Shown: one piece after another, positions 47,277 to 57,521 of the stretch | Layout: every line of letters begins with the position of its first letter | Position numbering within the stretch: position 1 is the stretch's first letter | Assembly: GCA_963664665.2 (NCBI GenBank) | Contig: CAXXMH010000001.1 | Location: 55,824-119,823, forward strand | DNA from: Pseudomonadales bacterium | Lineage (GTDB): Bacteria > Pseudomonadota > Gammaproteobacteria > Pseudomonadales > Azotimanducaceae | DNA: 64,000 nt | Direction of reading: 5' to 3' | Made by a program: the position numbers and the translations under genes | The notes under the pieces: model-generated | What the model was told of the DNA's origin: nothing | What the model saw: the letters and a program-made list of their open reading frames with translations, nothing else | Databases searched by the model: none

Positions 47277-48070
47277 GTACCCGAAAACTCCGGGTCGCGT
47301 CGTTCACGCCACGCTTTGATGCCTTCGACACGATCGTTTATGACATGGGTTTGGCGAATCCCCAACGAGTGGATCATGGCGCTTTCGAAATCCAAATGTT
47401 GTTGACCTAACACCTGCATCTTGTGAACTTGCCAAGCGCGTGTGGCCATACGAGAAATTCGGTTCGAGAAGGTGGTCATGTGGTCATCGAAATTGGCGTC
47501 GTTGGCGATTTCATGGACAAAGTGAATCCGATGTGCCTCCGCTGCATTCAGTTTTTCACCAAGCAACAGGATCCGCATCGCTTGCGATTGACCCACGAGT
47601 TTAGGGAGCAGATAAGCGATCCCTGTGTTGGCGGCGCGTCCTTGAAGAATACGTGTGTCGCACATCGACATTGACGAGTTAGCGATGCGAATGTCACACG
47701 TCGCTGCGAGATCGATCGCGATGCCGTTCACGACATCGCGCATGTATGCAATCAGCGGCTTTGTGAATTCGCGTAATGCAGTCAGCGCAGCTTGTTCAAC
47801 GATGGGACCGTGTCCGTGCGAACCTTCAGGCAATCGAAGCTGGAAGCGTTGAGGCACCGCCATCATGTTCTCAGGATCGTCACCATCGGCAGTTAGTTGA
47901 ATTGCGACAGCGCGCACGTTTGGGTCGTCGTGTGCAGCGGCGACTGCAGTCGCCAGCGAGTCTAACGATTCATAGTTGACGTGGTTTCCTAGTAATCGGA
48001 AACTAAGTACGTTCTCATCTTGCGTGCACGCGATCGAATCGTTGCTGAATTGTTGCTCGTAGTCAGGCAT
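47273..48070 (-). CDS. Enoyl-CoA hydratase/isomerase (crotonase) family protein, divergent
   Basis: It has crotonase-like blocks (NVRAVAIQLTADG, KPLIAYMRDVVNGIAIDLAATCDIRIA). I chose the start at the ATG at 48070, which overlaps the mobA stop as ATGCCTGA. The listed ORF starts at 48103. Confidence 0.78.
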   Translation of the reverse strand: MPDYEQQFSNDSIACTQDENVLSFRLLGNHVNYESLDSLATAVAAAHDDPNVRAVAIQLTADGDDPENMMAVPQRFQLRLPEGSHGHGPIVEQAALTALREFTKPLIAYMRDVVNGIAIDLAATCDIRIANSSMSMCDTRILQGRAANTGIAYLLPKLVGQSQAMRILLLGEKLNAAEAHRIHFVHEIANDANFDDHMTTFSNRISRMATRAWQVHKMQVLGQQHLDFESAMIHSLGIRQTHVINDRVEGIKAWRERRDPEFSGT

Positions 48071-48674
48071 GGTCGTGTTCGTTAGTCGCTCTAGATCGCG
48101 CAATCGCTAGTTCTTCGTGTGTATTGACATTTAGAAAAGAATCATCGATCGAACTCAAGTCAGTAGATCGAATCCCGGCGTCATCTAGCCAATGTTTTAC
48201 GGCGTTCCCACCGCGCGCATGAAAGTCGATCAACTGTTCGCGATGTTCCGCGTCAATGAGCAGGCACAAGTTCTGTCGCACACCATTGACGGTTGGTACT
48301 GCGATTCCACGCGTCTCTGCGTCAGTCCGTAGACGTTCGACTATGTCACCTGCAATGAATGGCGTATCGCCAGGCGTGGTAAATGCCCATTCGGTATCGA
48401 CGTGTGCAAACGATTCAGTCAATCCAGCTAAAGGTCCGAGGTTTAGTTCCTTGTCTATCGCAAGTGGATGGCGAAGTGCTTCGTAGATTCCCACATTCCG
48501 AGAGCAAGAAATCACAATGTCGCTCACTTGTGGTTCGAGTCTTTCACAAATCCAATCGATCAGACGCTTCCCGTTAAGAGTCATTAGTGGCTTGTCTTGC
48601 CCGTCTAGCCTGGAACCCTTACCACCACAGAGTACGATCGCAGTGACAGCTTCAGGAGTCGCATTGTTCGCCAT
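48063..48674 (-). CDS. mobA: Molybdenum cofactor guanylyltransferase
   Basis: 203 aa. It has the N-terminal motif AIVLCGGKGSRLDGQDKPL and the motifs GPLAG and TPGDTPF. Confidence 0.85.
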   Translation of the reverse strand: MANNATPEAVTAIVLCGGKGSRLDGQDKPLMTLNGKRLIDWICERLEPQVSDIVISCSRNVGIYEALRHPLAIDKELNLGPLAGLTESFAHVDTEWAFTTPGDTPFIAGDIVERLRTDAETRGIAVPTVNGVRQNLCLLIDAEHREQLIDFHARGGNAVKHWLDDAGIRSTDLSSIDDSFLNVNTHEELAIARSRATNEHDHA

Positions 48675-48676
48675 CG

Positions 48677-49534
48677 CTAAGCCAATGCGCCGTGCGATGT
48701 GTAGACGTTGTAACCGCTTTCGCGTAGAAACCCTACGAGGGTGATATTGCGTTCGTCGGCCAGCTCGATTGCTAGGTTAGACGGTGGTCCGATCGAGGCA
48801 ATGAACGGCATACTGGCCATTGCAGCCTTTTGAACGAGCTCGAAGCCCGCTCGACCACTCAATAGGAGTCCGAGATTCCGGAGGGGTGCACCTGATTCGT
48901 ACACATACGATCCGATTAGCTTGTCGACCGCGTTGTGCCGGCCGACATCCTCTCTTACGCGTTGAATTTCGCCAGACTCGTCGACCGTCGCGGCTGCGTG
49001 TAGCCCGCCCGTTCGTTGGAAGTCAGTTTGCCAAGATTGCAACCGATCCGGCAGCGTACGCAGTATGTCGTGCTCAATCCGGTAGTTACTTTCGACCGTC
49101 CCTGACAACGGTGCATCAATCGCCTCAATGGATGTCTTGCCGCATACGCCACAACTGGAAGTCGTATAGAAATTACGCTGTAATCGCTCAAGATCAAGGT
49201 CAGCGTTAGGCGCTAGCTCGACCTGAACGACATTCTGGTAACCCTTATCCGGGCTTGGCGGTCCGCAGTAACGAACGTCAGTAAAGTCGCTTGCTTCTCT
49301 AATGACGCCTTCGCAGAGTAGGTACCCTAGGGCTAGCTCGAAATCTTGACCCGGGGTTCGCATCGTGACGGAAATCGTGTGCGTGAGCCCATCTGTCTTT
49401 GATATCTGCAATTCCATCGGCTCTTCGACGCTGACCACGTCGTGTACCGTGTTGGCAACACCGTCTGAGACGCGATCAAGAAGGATGCGGACACTTGAAG
49501 GTGCACTCGAGCTTTCGCTCGGTATCGTGCTCAT
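48677..49534 (-). CDS. fdhD: Formate dehydrogenase accessory sulfurtransferase
   Basis: 285 aa. It has the motifs SSCGVCGK, GGLHAA and GRHNAVDK. Confidence 0.9.
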   Translation of the reverse strand: MSTIPSESSSAPSSVRILLDRVSDGVANTVHDVVSVEEPMELQISKTDGLTHTISVTMRTPGQDFELALGYLLCEGVIREASDFTDVRYCGPPSPDKGYQNVVQVELAPNADLDLERLQRNFYTTSSCGVCGKTSIEAIDAPLSGTVESNYRIEHDILRTLPDRLQSWQTDFQRTGGLHAAATVDESGEIQRVREDVGRHNAVDKLIGSYVYESGAPLRNLGLLLSGRAGFELVQKAAMASMPFIASIGPPSNLAIELADERNITLVGFLRESGYNVYTSHGALA

Positions 49535-52368
49535 TTACCGACGGGCAGTAGCTCGACTTGCTGTTCGCGTCGTTCGTTGAAATCCAATTGCCAATCCGCT
49601 TGATGGTTTGCGGGTGTGATTTCAACCGCCGTGACCTTGTATTCGGGACAATTGGTGAACTCGTCGGACAGGCTCGTCGTAATCACGTTCGTGCCGGTTC
49701 CAGGGTAGTGGAAAGTCGTGTATACAACACCGGGCACGACCTTTTCTGTCACTTCCGCGCGCAACGTTATCTCGCCGACACGACTGCGAATTGATACCCA
49801 ATCAGCGCTCCGTATACCGCGAAGTTCAGCGTCACTCGGATGAATCTCTAATACATCTTCATCCAACCAAACGGTGTTTTCCGTGCGGCGCGTCTGTGTA
49901 CCAACGTTGTAGTGATGTAGTTTTCTGCCCGTGGTCAGCAGCAACGGGAACTTCCGGTTTGTACGTTCTTCGGTCGGTACGTACTCAGTGATCTTGAACA
50001 GGCCCTTACCGCGAACGAATTCGTCGACGTGCATGACTGGTGTGCCTTCGGGTGACTCGTCTGTCACGGGCCACTGGGCGCTATGCACTTCGTCGAGATG
50101 CTCGAATGACAGTCTTTGGAAGTCCGGTGTGGAAGTCGCAAGTTCATCCAGGATGTCACCGGATGACCGGTACGACATGTCGTAGCCCATCGCTTTTGCG
50201 ATTTCGCATGTGACTTCCCACTCGTGCTTTTCGGTCTTCGGCGCGATTGCGGGTCGAACTCGATTGAAGCGGCGTTCTGCATTTACAAACGTGCCGTCTT
50301 TTTCGAGGAATGACGTTCCCGGTAGAAAAATGTGTGCGAATTTAGCGGTTTCCGTCAGGAACAGGTCTTGCACAATCACGCAATCCATGGCGCGAAGCGC
50401 TTCTTCAACGTGCTTTGTATTCGGGTCGGACTGCGCAAAGTCCTCACCTTGAATATACATGCCCATGAAGGTGCCGGCGACGGCTTCATCGAACATGTTC
50501 GGTATGCGTAAGCCGGGTTCCTTGTCGATGGTGACGCCCCAGAGTTCATTGAAGCTCTCACGCACTTTCTCGCTCACAACCGGACGATGCCCAGGCAATT
50601 CATGCGGGAACGAGCCGACGTCGGTCGAGCCTTGTACGTTGTTCTGGCCACGGAGCGGGTTGATGCCTACGCCTTTCCGACCGATGTTGCCAGTTGCCAT
50701 CGCGAGATTCGCCATCCCCATGACCATCGCGGAACCTTGGCTATGTTCGGTAACGCCGAGACCATAGTAGATCGACGCGTTGGGCGCGGCCGCGTACATG
50801 TGCGCAGCTTCGCGCAAACTTTCCGCTGTCACGCCGCATATCTCGGCGACTGCTTCAGGTGAGTTTTCGTCGCGTCGAATAAACTCACACCAATCTTCAA
50901 ATGAATCGAACTCGCACCGTGACTTAACGAAATCCAAGTCACAGAGTTCTTCGGTCACAATGACGTGTGCGAGCGCATTGATGAACGGCAGATTGGTACC
51001 GGGTTTAAGTGGAACGTGAACTGCGGCTTCCACGTGCGGTGATCGCACGAAATCGATCTCGCGCGGATCTGCGACGATGACTTTAGCGCCTTCACGTAAG
51101 CGTTGCTTCATTCGACTTGCGAATACCGGGTGACCCTGAGTTGGATTTGCGCCAATCAGCAGCACTAGGTCGGTATCTGCAACGGAGTCGAAGTCCTGAG
51201 TACCCGCAGCAGTGCCAAAGGTCTGGATCAAACCATATCCTGTCGGGGAGTGGCATACGCGCGCGCAGGTGTCGATGTTGTTGTTACCAAATGCCGTACG
51301 CACGAGCTTTTGGACAACATAGATTTCCTCGATCGTCACACGGGATGAGGAAACGGCACCAATTGACTTTCGCCCGTATTTCGATTGGATCTCGGTCAAT
51401 CGTTTCGCAGTCTCTTGTATCGCTACGTCCCACGACACCTCTTGCCACGGCTCATCAATACTGTCTCGAATCATGGGCTTATAGATTCGGTCTTGGTGGT
51501 TTGCATAGCCCCACGCGAAACGACCTTTAACGCAGGAGGCACCATGATTCGCCTTGCCTGCTTTGTCCGGTACCATCCGAACGACCTGGTCACCTTTCAT
51601 TTCCGCTTTGAAGGAGCAACCGACGCCGCAATAGCCGCACGTAGTCAATACCGTACGATCAGGAACGCCATGCTCGATGACGGATTTTTCCATTAAAGTG
51701 GCTGTAGGGCACGCTTGAACACACGCACCGCACGACACACACTCCGAATCGAAGAATGACTCCGCGCCTGTTGAAATCTTGGACGCAAAGCCGCGATCGT
51801 CAACCGTGAGCGCAAAAGTCCCTTGAATCTCGTCGCACGCTCGAACGCAACGTGAGCAAACGATGCACTTGGATGGGTCGAACGTGAAATAGGGGTTGCT
51901 CTCGTCTTTCGTTTCACTGAGGTGATTCGCACCTTCTTCGTAACGCACTTCACGCAACCCAACCTGGCCTGCGACATCCTGCAATTCGCAATCACCATTC
52001 GCCGAACACGTCAGGCAGTCGAGCGGGTGGTCAGAGATATAGAGTTCCATGACGCCGCGTCGTAAGTCGGCGATCGACTCATTCTGCGTGACGACCTCCA
52101 TTCCCGCGGCGACCGGTTCAGTACATGCTGCGAAATAACCGTTCCGACCTTCGATTTGCACCATGCACATCCGACATGAGCCGAACGCCTCCAGGCTATC
52201 AGTCGCGCATAGTTTGGGGATCTCTAGATCGAGTAATGAGGCAGCGCGCATGATGGACGTGCCGGTCGGCACGGCTACAGATTGACCGTCTATCGAAAGG
52301 GTGACCGAATCGTTCGGATCGAAATGGGCTATCGGCGGTGTGCCGAAGTCCTTGTCAAGCAATCTCAT
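49531..52368 (-). CDS. fdsA: NAD-dependent formate dehydrogenase alpha subunit (molybdopterin; Cys at the Sec-equivalent site)
   Basis: 945 aa. It has N-terminal 2Fe-2S and 4Fe-4S Cys clusters like NuoG, followed by a molybdopterin oxidoreductase core. The active-site segment CARVCHSPTGYGL aligns with E. coli FdhF CARVUHGPSVAGL, so this enzyme has Cys, not Sec. There is no in-frame stop. Confidence 0.93.
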   Translation of the reverse strand: MRLLDKDFGTPPIAHFDPNDSVTLSIDGQSVAVPTGTSIMRAASLLDLEIPKLCATDSLEAFGSCRMCMVQIEGRNGYFAACTEPVAAGMEVVTQNESIADLRRGVMELYISDHPLDCLTCSANGDCELQDVAGQVGLREVRYEEGANHLSETKDESNPYFTFDPSKCIVCSRCVRACDEIQGTFALTVDDRGFASKISTGAESFFDSECVSCGACVQACPTATLMEKSVIEHGVPDRTVLTTCGYCGVGCSFKAEMKGDQVVRMVPDKAGKANHGASCVKGRFAWGYANHQDRIYKPMIRDSIDEPWQEVSWDVAIQETAKRLTEIQSKYGRKSIGAVSSSRVTIEEIYVVQKLVRTAFGNNNIDTCARVCHSPTGYGLIQTFGTAAGTQDFDSVADTDLVLLIGANPTQGHPVFASRMKQRLREGAKVIVADPREIDFVRSPHVEAAVHVPLKPGTNLPFINALAHVIVTEELCDLDFVKSRCEFDSFEDWCEFIRRDENSPEAVAEICGVTAESLREAAHMYAAAPNASIYYGLGVTEHSQGSAMVMGMANLAMATGNIGRKGVGINPLRGQNNVQGSTDVGSFPHELPGHRPVVSEKVRESFNELWGVTIDKEPGLRIPNMFDEAVAGTFMGMYIQGEDFAQSDPNTKHVEEALRAMDCVIVQDLFLTETAKFAHIFLPGTSFLEKDGTFVNAERRFNRVRPAIAPKTEKHEWEVTCEIAKAMGYDMSYRSSGDILDELATSTPDFQRLSFEHLDEVHSAQWPVTDESPEGTPVMHVDEFVRGKGLFKITEYVPTEERTNRKFPLLLTTGRKLHHYNVGTQTRRTENTVWLDEDVLEIHPSDAELRGIRSADWVSIRSRVGEITLRAEVTEKVVPGVVYTTFHYPGTGTNVITTSLSDEFTNCPEYKVTAVEITPANHQADWQLDFNERREQQVELLPVGK

Positions 52369-52383
52369 TGCAGCAGGATTGAA

Positions 52384-53880
52384 TTAACGGAAATCTTCTG
52401 GAAAACGCTCAAGCGCACTTCGAACGGGAATCGGCGTCATGCCACCCATTTGGCACAAGCTTGCGTTTTCCATTACGTCACAGAGCTCGCGAATTAATTG
52501 TATATCCGCGTCCACATTGCCGGTATTCTGCAAACCTTGGACTAACTCCTTACCGCGAACGCTGCCAATGCGGCACGGCGTGCACTTTCCGCAGGACTCG
52601 ATTTCACAGAATTCGAAGGCATATTCCGCTTGTTCACGAAGATCAACGGTATCGTCGAAGACCACCAGACCCCCATGTCCGATTCCAGCGCCGATCGCTT
52701 GCATGGCTTCATAGGTGAGAGGCGTGTCGAGTTCGGCGTCCGATAAATATGCGCCTAAAGGACCGCCGATCTGCACACACCGAAATGGTCTCCCTGAACG
52801 CGTACCGCCGCCGTAGTCCTCGACGAGTTCGCGAATGGTGTGTCCAAACTCAAGCTCGATGAGCCCGCCGTACTTCACGTTTCCTGCGATCTGGAATGGA
52901 ATGGTCCCACACGAAGGCGCAACTCCGAGCGCACCATACTGCTCGCCGCCTAGATCAAACAGACTAGGAACGGAAGCAAGCGTGATGACGTTGTGCACCA
53001 GCGTCGGTCTATCGAACAGGCCGGATATCGCCGGCAACGGCGGTTTGACTCGAATCTGTCCCCGTTTACCTTCAAGGCTTTCGAGGAGAGATGTTTCCTC
53101 TCCACAAATGTAGGCGCCAGCGCCGAGAAATACCTGCAAGTCGAAAGAAAAGTCACTTCCGAAGATGTTGTTTCCTAGTAGATTCTCTTCATAAGCTCTT
53201 GAAATAGAACGCTTTAATTCGTGCATCGCAAATGGATACTCGGATCGCAGATAGATATACCCGTGCGCTGCTCCGCACGCGTAACCAGCGATCGCCATGC
53301 CTTCGATTAGTGCGTCCGGATCGCCTTCCATGAGCATGCGATCCGAGAAAGTGCCGGAGTCGCCCTCATCGGCGTTACAGACGATGTAGCGTTGATCGGC
53401 TGGCGTGTCAGCGACTGTTCGCCACTTGATGTGCGCAGGGAAACCTGCGCCGCCGCGTCCGCGTAGACCCGCGGTCTGTAGCTCGTCGATCAAATCGCGG
53501 GGATTCCGCTCGAGCACGCTCTTCAGCGTCGCGTAGGTGGGCGTGTCCGTGAGCGAGGCATACCCGACGTTTCGAAAGACAAGGCGTTGTTGGGATTTAA
53601 GAAACGAATGCCGGTGAATGTCCCCTAGGTAAGCGGGATGTTGCTCAATAGAATCTTTGCTCTTGATCGCTTCAACAAGGTCAGGAACCATCTCTGCGGA
53701 CACGGGTCCAAACGCAATTCTGCCATCGGGAGAATCGAATTCGATCAGAGGTTCCAGCCATGCGAGACCGTAAGAACCGACGTCGACACAGTCGATTCCA
53801 TGAGTAGCTAATCCGATTTCAACGGCTGATTTGCCAAGCGCGTGTGCGAATGAGTCATTCGATAGGTATGCAATTGTCAC
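52384..53880 (-). CDS. fdsB: Formate dehydrogenase beta subunit (NuoF-like, NAD/FMN/4Fe-4S)
   Basis: 498 aa. It has the motifs GRGGAGFP, GAGAYICGEETSLLESLEG and ESCGKCTPCR. Confidence 0.9.
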   Translation of the reverse strand: MTIAYLSNDSFAHALGKSAVEIGLATHGIDCVDVGSYGLAWLEPLIEFDSPDGRIAFGPVSAEMVPDLVEAIKSKDSIEQHPAYLGDIHRHSFLKSQQRLVFRNVGYASLTDTPTYATLKSVLERNPRDLIDELQTAGLRGRGGAGFPAHIKWRTVADTPADQRYIVCNADEGDSGTFSDRMLMEGDPDALIEGMAIAGYACGAAHGYIYLRSEYPFAMHELKRSISRAYEENLLGNNIFGSDFSFDLQVFLGAGAYICGEETSLLESLEGKRGQIRVKPPLPAISGLFDRPTLVHNVITLASVPSLFDLGGEQYGALGVAPSCGTIPFQIAGNVKYGGLIELEFGHTIRELVEDYGGGTRSGRPFRCVQIGGPLGAYLSDAELDTPLTYEAMQAIGAGIGHGGLVVFDDTVDLREQAEYAFEFCEIESCGKCTPCRIGSVRGKELVQGLQNTGNVDADIQLIRELCDVMENASLCQMGGMTPIPVRSALERFPEDFR

Positions 53881-54371
53881 AGGTGAGATAACACCTGGTC
53901 TGCGGTGGCGTTGGACACGAGTTGACCATTGATCTCCACTGCGGGTCCGTTAGGGCACAGTCCGAGGCAGTAAACAAAGCTTACAGTTGTTTCGCCATCG
54001 GCAGTTTTGCAAGGAATCGTTGACCCCAAGTGTGACTCAATCGCTGCGACTAAATCCCTAGATCGATTAGCCTGACAAGCCTCTGCTGTACATATACGCA
54101 GCAAATTAGTCGGTTGCGGTTCTGTCTTGAAGTCGTGGTAGAAGCTAATGATGCCACTGACTTCGGCAACGCTTAAATTAAAGATGTCTGCGAGAATGTG
54201 CTTCTGGTCGGCACTGATATACCCAAACTCTCTCATCAAGCGGTGACAGGCGTGAATAATTCCGCCGACGAGGTTTGTACAGGGTTGTAATAGCTCTCGC
54301 ACTTCGGCCTCGGACATACACGGGCGGCGATAGGGGATGCGCCGATTATATGGTCGAACGTCCCTAGGCAA
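53877..54371 (-). CDS. fdsG: Formate dehydrogenase gamma subunit (NuoE-like 2Fe-2S)
   Basis: 164 aa as listed, with a TTG start; an alternative ATG at 54317 gives MSEAEV.... It has the NuoE-type Cys pattern (ICTAEACQ ... YCLGLCPNGPA). Confidence 0.8.
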   Translation of the reverse strand: MPRDVRPYNRRIPYRRPCMSEAEVRELLQPCTNLVGGIIHACHRLMREFGYISADQKHILADIFNLSVAEVSGIISFYHDFKTEPQPTNLLRICTAEACQANRSRDLVAAIESHLGSTIPCKTADGETTVSFVYCLGLCPNGPAVEINGQLVSNATADQVLSHL

Positions 54372-54418
54372 TCTGCCTGATTTCGTTTGCAGTCAATGGC
54401 TAAATTTAGTAATACGGC

Positions 54419-55768
54419 GTGAAATACGAGTACGATCTCTTCGTTATTGGTGCAGGCTCTGGCGGCGTGCGAGCAGCACGAATGTCTGCGAATCTGGGTG
54501 CAAAAGTTGCTGTCGCGGAGGAGCGCTATCTCGGCGGCACCTGTGTTAACGTAGGGTGTATCCCAAAGAAGCTATTCGTCTACGGAAGTCATTTCAGTGA
54601 GGACTTCGATGAATCTGCGGCGTACGGATGGAACGTTCGCGATACCGATTTCGACTGGTCAACGCTACTCGCGAACAAGAATAAAGAGATCTCACGTTTG
54701 AATGGGATATATCGAAACCTACTTGAGTCTCCCGGAGCGGAGATTTTCGAGACCCACGCTGAACTTACGGACGCTCACACGATTCAAGTAGGAGACCACC
54801 AGGTCACTGCGGACAAGGTCCTGGTAGCGACAGGTTCATGGCCTTCAGTACCTGATCTCCCCGGTCGCGAGTACATTCAGACGTCGAATGACGCGTTTTT
54901 CTTCGAATCGTTGCCGGAACGAGTGATTGTCGTCGGAGGTGGATACATCGCTGTTGAGTTCGCGGGGATATATCAAGGATTAGGTGTCGAGACGACGTTA
55001 CTTTACCGCGGTCCGTTGTTTCTGCGCGGTTTCGATGACTCAGTTCGAGAATTTGTACGCGATCAACTGATTGAGAAAGGCGTTGACGTTCGGTTCAATG
55101 CCAACGTTGACGAGGTGACGCTAACAGCGGGGGGTAAGGTCGCACGCTTGTCAGACGGGTCACAGGTTGTCGCGGATGAGATTCTGTACGCGACGGGACG
55201 TCGTCCGTTATCTTCGTCATGTGGATTGAGTGCGGCTGGCGTACAAACGGATGCAAACGCCGCAATTCGTGTTAACTCTGACTACAGCACGAATGTTCCG
55301 AATATCTACGCCATCGGTGACGTGATAGACCGGATGCAGCTGACACCTGTGGCGATTGCCGAAGGTATGTGTATCGCATACAACCTGTTTGCGAGTGAAT
55401 CACGCAAGGTGAACTACGACGACATTCCAACCTCCGTTTTCTGCCAACCGAATATCGGCACAGTCGGACCCACGGAGGCTGTCGCGCGCACGACGTATCC
55501 GGACTTGCATGTCTACGAGTCGTCGTTCCGACCCCTCAAGTACACGATGTCGGATAATCAGGAGCGCACATACATGAAATTGCTCGTGGATGGTGACTCT
55601 GACCGCGTTGTGGCAGCACACATGGTCGGACCGGAAGCAGGTGAGATCATCCAAGGATTGGCTGTGGCAATCAAAGCCGGAGCAACAAAAGATGATTTCG
55701 ACGCAACGATCGGGATTCACCCGACCGCTGCGGAAGAGTTCGTCACCATGCGCGATCGGTCGCGCTAA
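54419..55768 (+). CDS. gor: Glutathione-disulfide reductase
   Basis: 449 aa. It has the redox-active motif GGTCVNVGCIPKK, the FAD motif DLFVIGAGSGG, and the C-terminal motif TIGIHPTAAEEFVT. Confidence 0.9.
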   Translation: MKYEYDLFVIGAGSGGVRAARMSANLGAKVAVAEERYLGGTCVNVGCIPKKLFVYGSHFSEDFDESAAYGWNVRDTDFDWSTLLANKNKEISRLNGIYRNLLESPGAEIFETHAELTDAHTIQVGDHQVTADKVLVATGSWPSVPDLPGREYIQTSNDAFFFESLPERVIVVGGGYIAVEFAGIYQGLGVETTLLYRGPLFLRGFDDSVREFVRDQLIEKGVDVRFNANVDEVTLTAGGKVARLSDGSQVVADEILYATGRRPLSSSCGLSAAGVQTDANAAIRVNSDYSTNVPNIYAIGDVIDRMQLTPVAIAEGMCIAYNLFASESRKVNYDDIPTSVFCQPNIGTVGPTEAVARTTYPDLHVYESSFRPLKYTMSDNQERTYMKLLVDGDSDRVVAAHMVGPEAGEIIQGLAVAIKAGATKDDFDATIGIHPTAAEEFVTMRDRSR

Positions 55769-55780
55769 AGGACACACACG

Positions 55781-57460
55781 ATGTCAGAAGTGATTCAAGC
55801 ATTTGAAGGATTCCTCGGACTTTTAGATAGTTGGCTCGGGTCTTCAATTTGGTTCCCCTACGTGCTAGTCGGTGTCGGGGTGTGGTTTACGATCTATTTA
55901 GGGTTTCCGCAGTTTCGTTACTTTATGCGAGCGTGGCGATTTCTCTTCGGTAAAGAAGGTGATTCCGATGCACCTGGGGACACAACACACTTCCGTGCGC
56001 TAACGACCGCGTTATCTGGTACGGTGGGTACCGGCAACATTGGTGGTGTTGCCTTCGCGCTCTTCTTAGGCGGACCGGCGGCGTTGTTCTGGATGTGGGT
56101 GACTGCATTCGTTGGTATGACGACAAAGTTCGTCGAGGTCACGCTTTCTCATAAGTACCGCGAATTCGATGACAAGGGCGAGGTCGCGGGTGGACCCATG
56201 TATTACATGGAGAAGCGCCTCAACATGAAGTGGCTGGCGGTCATCTTCGCTTTTGCCACGTTGTTAAGCGCAATCGGTACGGGTTGCCTGCCGCAGAGCA
56301 ACAACCTCGCGAACGGTCTTGAATCATCGTTTGGCATTCCGACGTGGATCAGTGGACTTGTGCTTGCCGTTCTACTGGGATTGGTCGTGATTGGTGGCAT
56401 CAAGCGGATCGCCGCGGTCGCATCCAAAATCGTTCCGATCATGGCGGCGTTCTATCTAATTGGCGCGGCCGGAGTCATCATCGTCAATGCAGAGAACATA
56501 TGGCCTTCTTTCGTCAGCATCTTCGAGAGCATTTTCACAGGTAGTGCAGCCCTAGGTGGCTTCCTCGGCGCTAGTTTCGCATATGCGTTCACGCACGGCG
56601 TCAATCGTGGGATATTCTCAAACGAGGCGGGTCAGGGTAGCGCACCCATCGCGCATGCAAGCGCAAAAGCAGAAGATCCAGTACCGGAAGGGCTGGTTTC
56701 GTTGCTCGAGCCGTTCATTGACACACTGGTTATCTGCACGATCACTGGTTTAGTGATCCTGTCATCTGGCGCGTGGGCTGATAAGTTCCCAAATCAGTTT
56801 ACCCATGGCAACACCGAGATCGTCGCTGGCGTATATACCGACGAGAATCCGTCTCATGTCGAGATGCTAAGTGCGCATCTCGGACGAACGCCGCCAGCGA
56901 ATGATCCCATCAAGCCATTGACGGCCGAGCTGTCCGTGGTTGATGGCGCGATTGTTGACGCTGACTTCACGGTGATTCACAATCGATCCATCGGCGAGAA
57001 CGTTGTCGTGCGGCAGGATGGCGATCCTTACTCTGGCGTGTTGGTGGTTGATTCAGGAGTCATCGAAAGCGACGTCGAGCTACACGGTGATTCTTTGATC
57101 CATTCGGTAAATCTCACCGTCGAAGCGTTTAAACGTGGCATTTTTGGCGACATGGGTCAATACGCGGTAACGATTTCGTTAGTGTTGTTCGCGTTCTCCA
57201 CGGCACTCGCATGGAGCTACTACGGCGATCGCGCGATCCTGTATCTATTCGGACCTAAGGCACTGACGCCGTATCGTTTGATTTATTGTGCAGCGTTCTT
57301 GATCGGATCGACGATGGATACAACGTTGATTTGGAAGATCGCAGCCGTCTTTGTGGTGTTGATGGCGTTGCCAAATCTGTTCGGCATCACGATGCTCAGT
57401 CGCGAGATGAAATCGACTGTTCGGAACTTCATGGATCCAGCAGAAGAGAAAGCGGCTTAA
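55781..57460 (+). CDS. Alanine/glycine:cation symporter (AGCS) family transporter with an insertion of about 110 aa
   Basis: 559 aa. It has the AGCS blocks [35 protein letters not shown] and [18 protein letters not shown] non-hydrophobic insert lies between residues ~333 and ~442. Confidence 0.88.
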   Translation: MSEVIQAFEGFLGLLDSWLGSSIWFPYVLVGVGVWFTIYLGFPQFRYFMRAWRFLFGKEGDSDAPGDTTHFRALTTALSGTVGTGNIGGVAFALFLGGPAALFWMWVTAFVGMTTKFVEVTLSHKYREFDDKGEVAGGPMYYMEKRLNMKWLAVIFAFATLLSAIGTGCLPQSNNLANGLESSFGIPTWISGLVLAVLLGLVVIGGIKRIAAVASKIVPIMAAFYLIGAAGVIIVNAENIWPSFVSIFESIFTGSAALGGFLGASFAYAFTHGVNRGIFSNEAGQGSAPIAHASAKAEDPVPEGLVSLLEPFIDTLVICTITGLVILSSGAWADKFPNQFTHGNTEIVAGVYTDENPSHVEMLSAHLGRTPPANDPIKPLTAELSVVDGAIVDADFTVIHNRSIGENVVVRQDGDPYSGVLVVDSGVIESDVELHGDSLIHSVNLTVEAFKRGIFGDMGQYAVTISLVLFAFSTALAWSYYGDRAILYLFGPKALTPYRLIYCAAFLIGSTMDTTLIWKIAAVFVVLMALPNLFGITMLSREMKSTVRNFMDPAEEKAA

Positions 57461-57521
57461 GTACTCACATAGAGCGGTCACGGATCCTACGACGCAAGGA
57501 ACAGATGAGCTAGAACCGTCA

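Noticed and set aside
49531-52368. The formate dehydrogenase alpha subunit as the selenoprotein served by selAB.
   Set aside because: The ORF is uninterrupted, and the Sec-equivalent residue is Cys (CARVCHSPT versus CARVUHGPS in FdhF).
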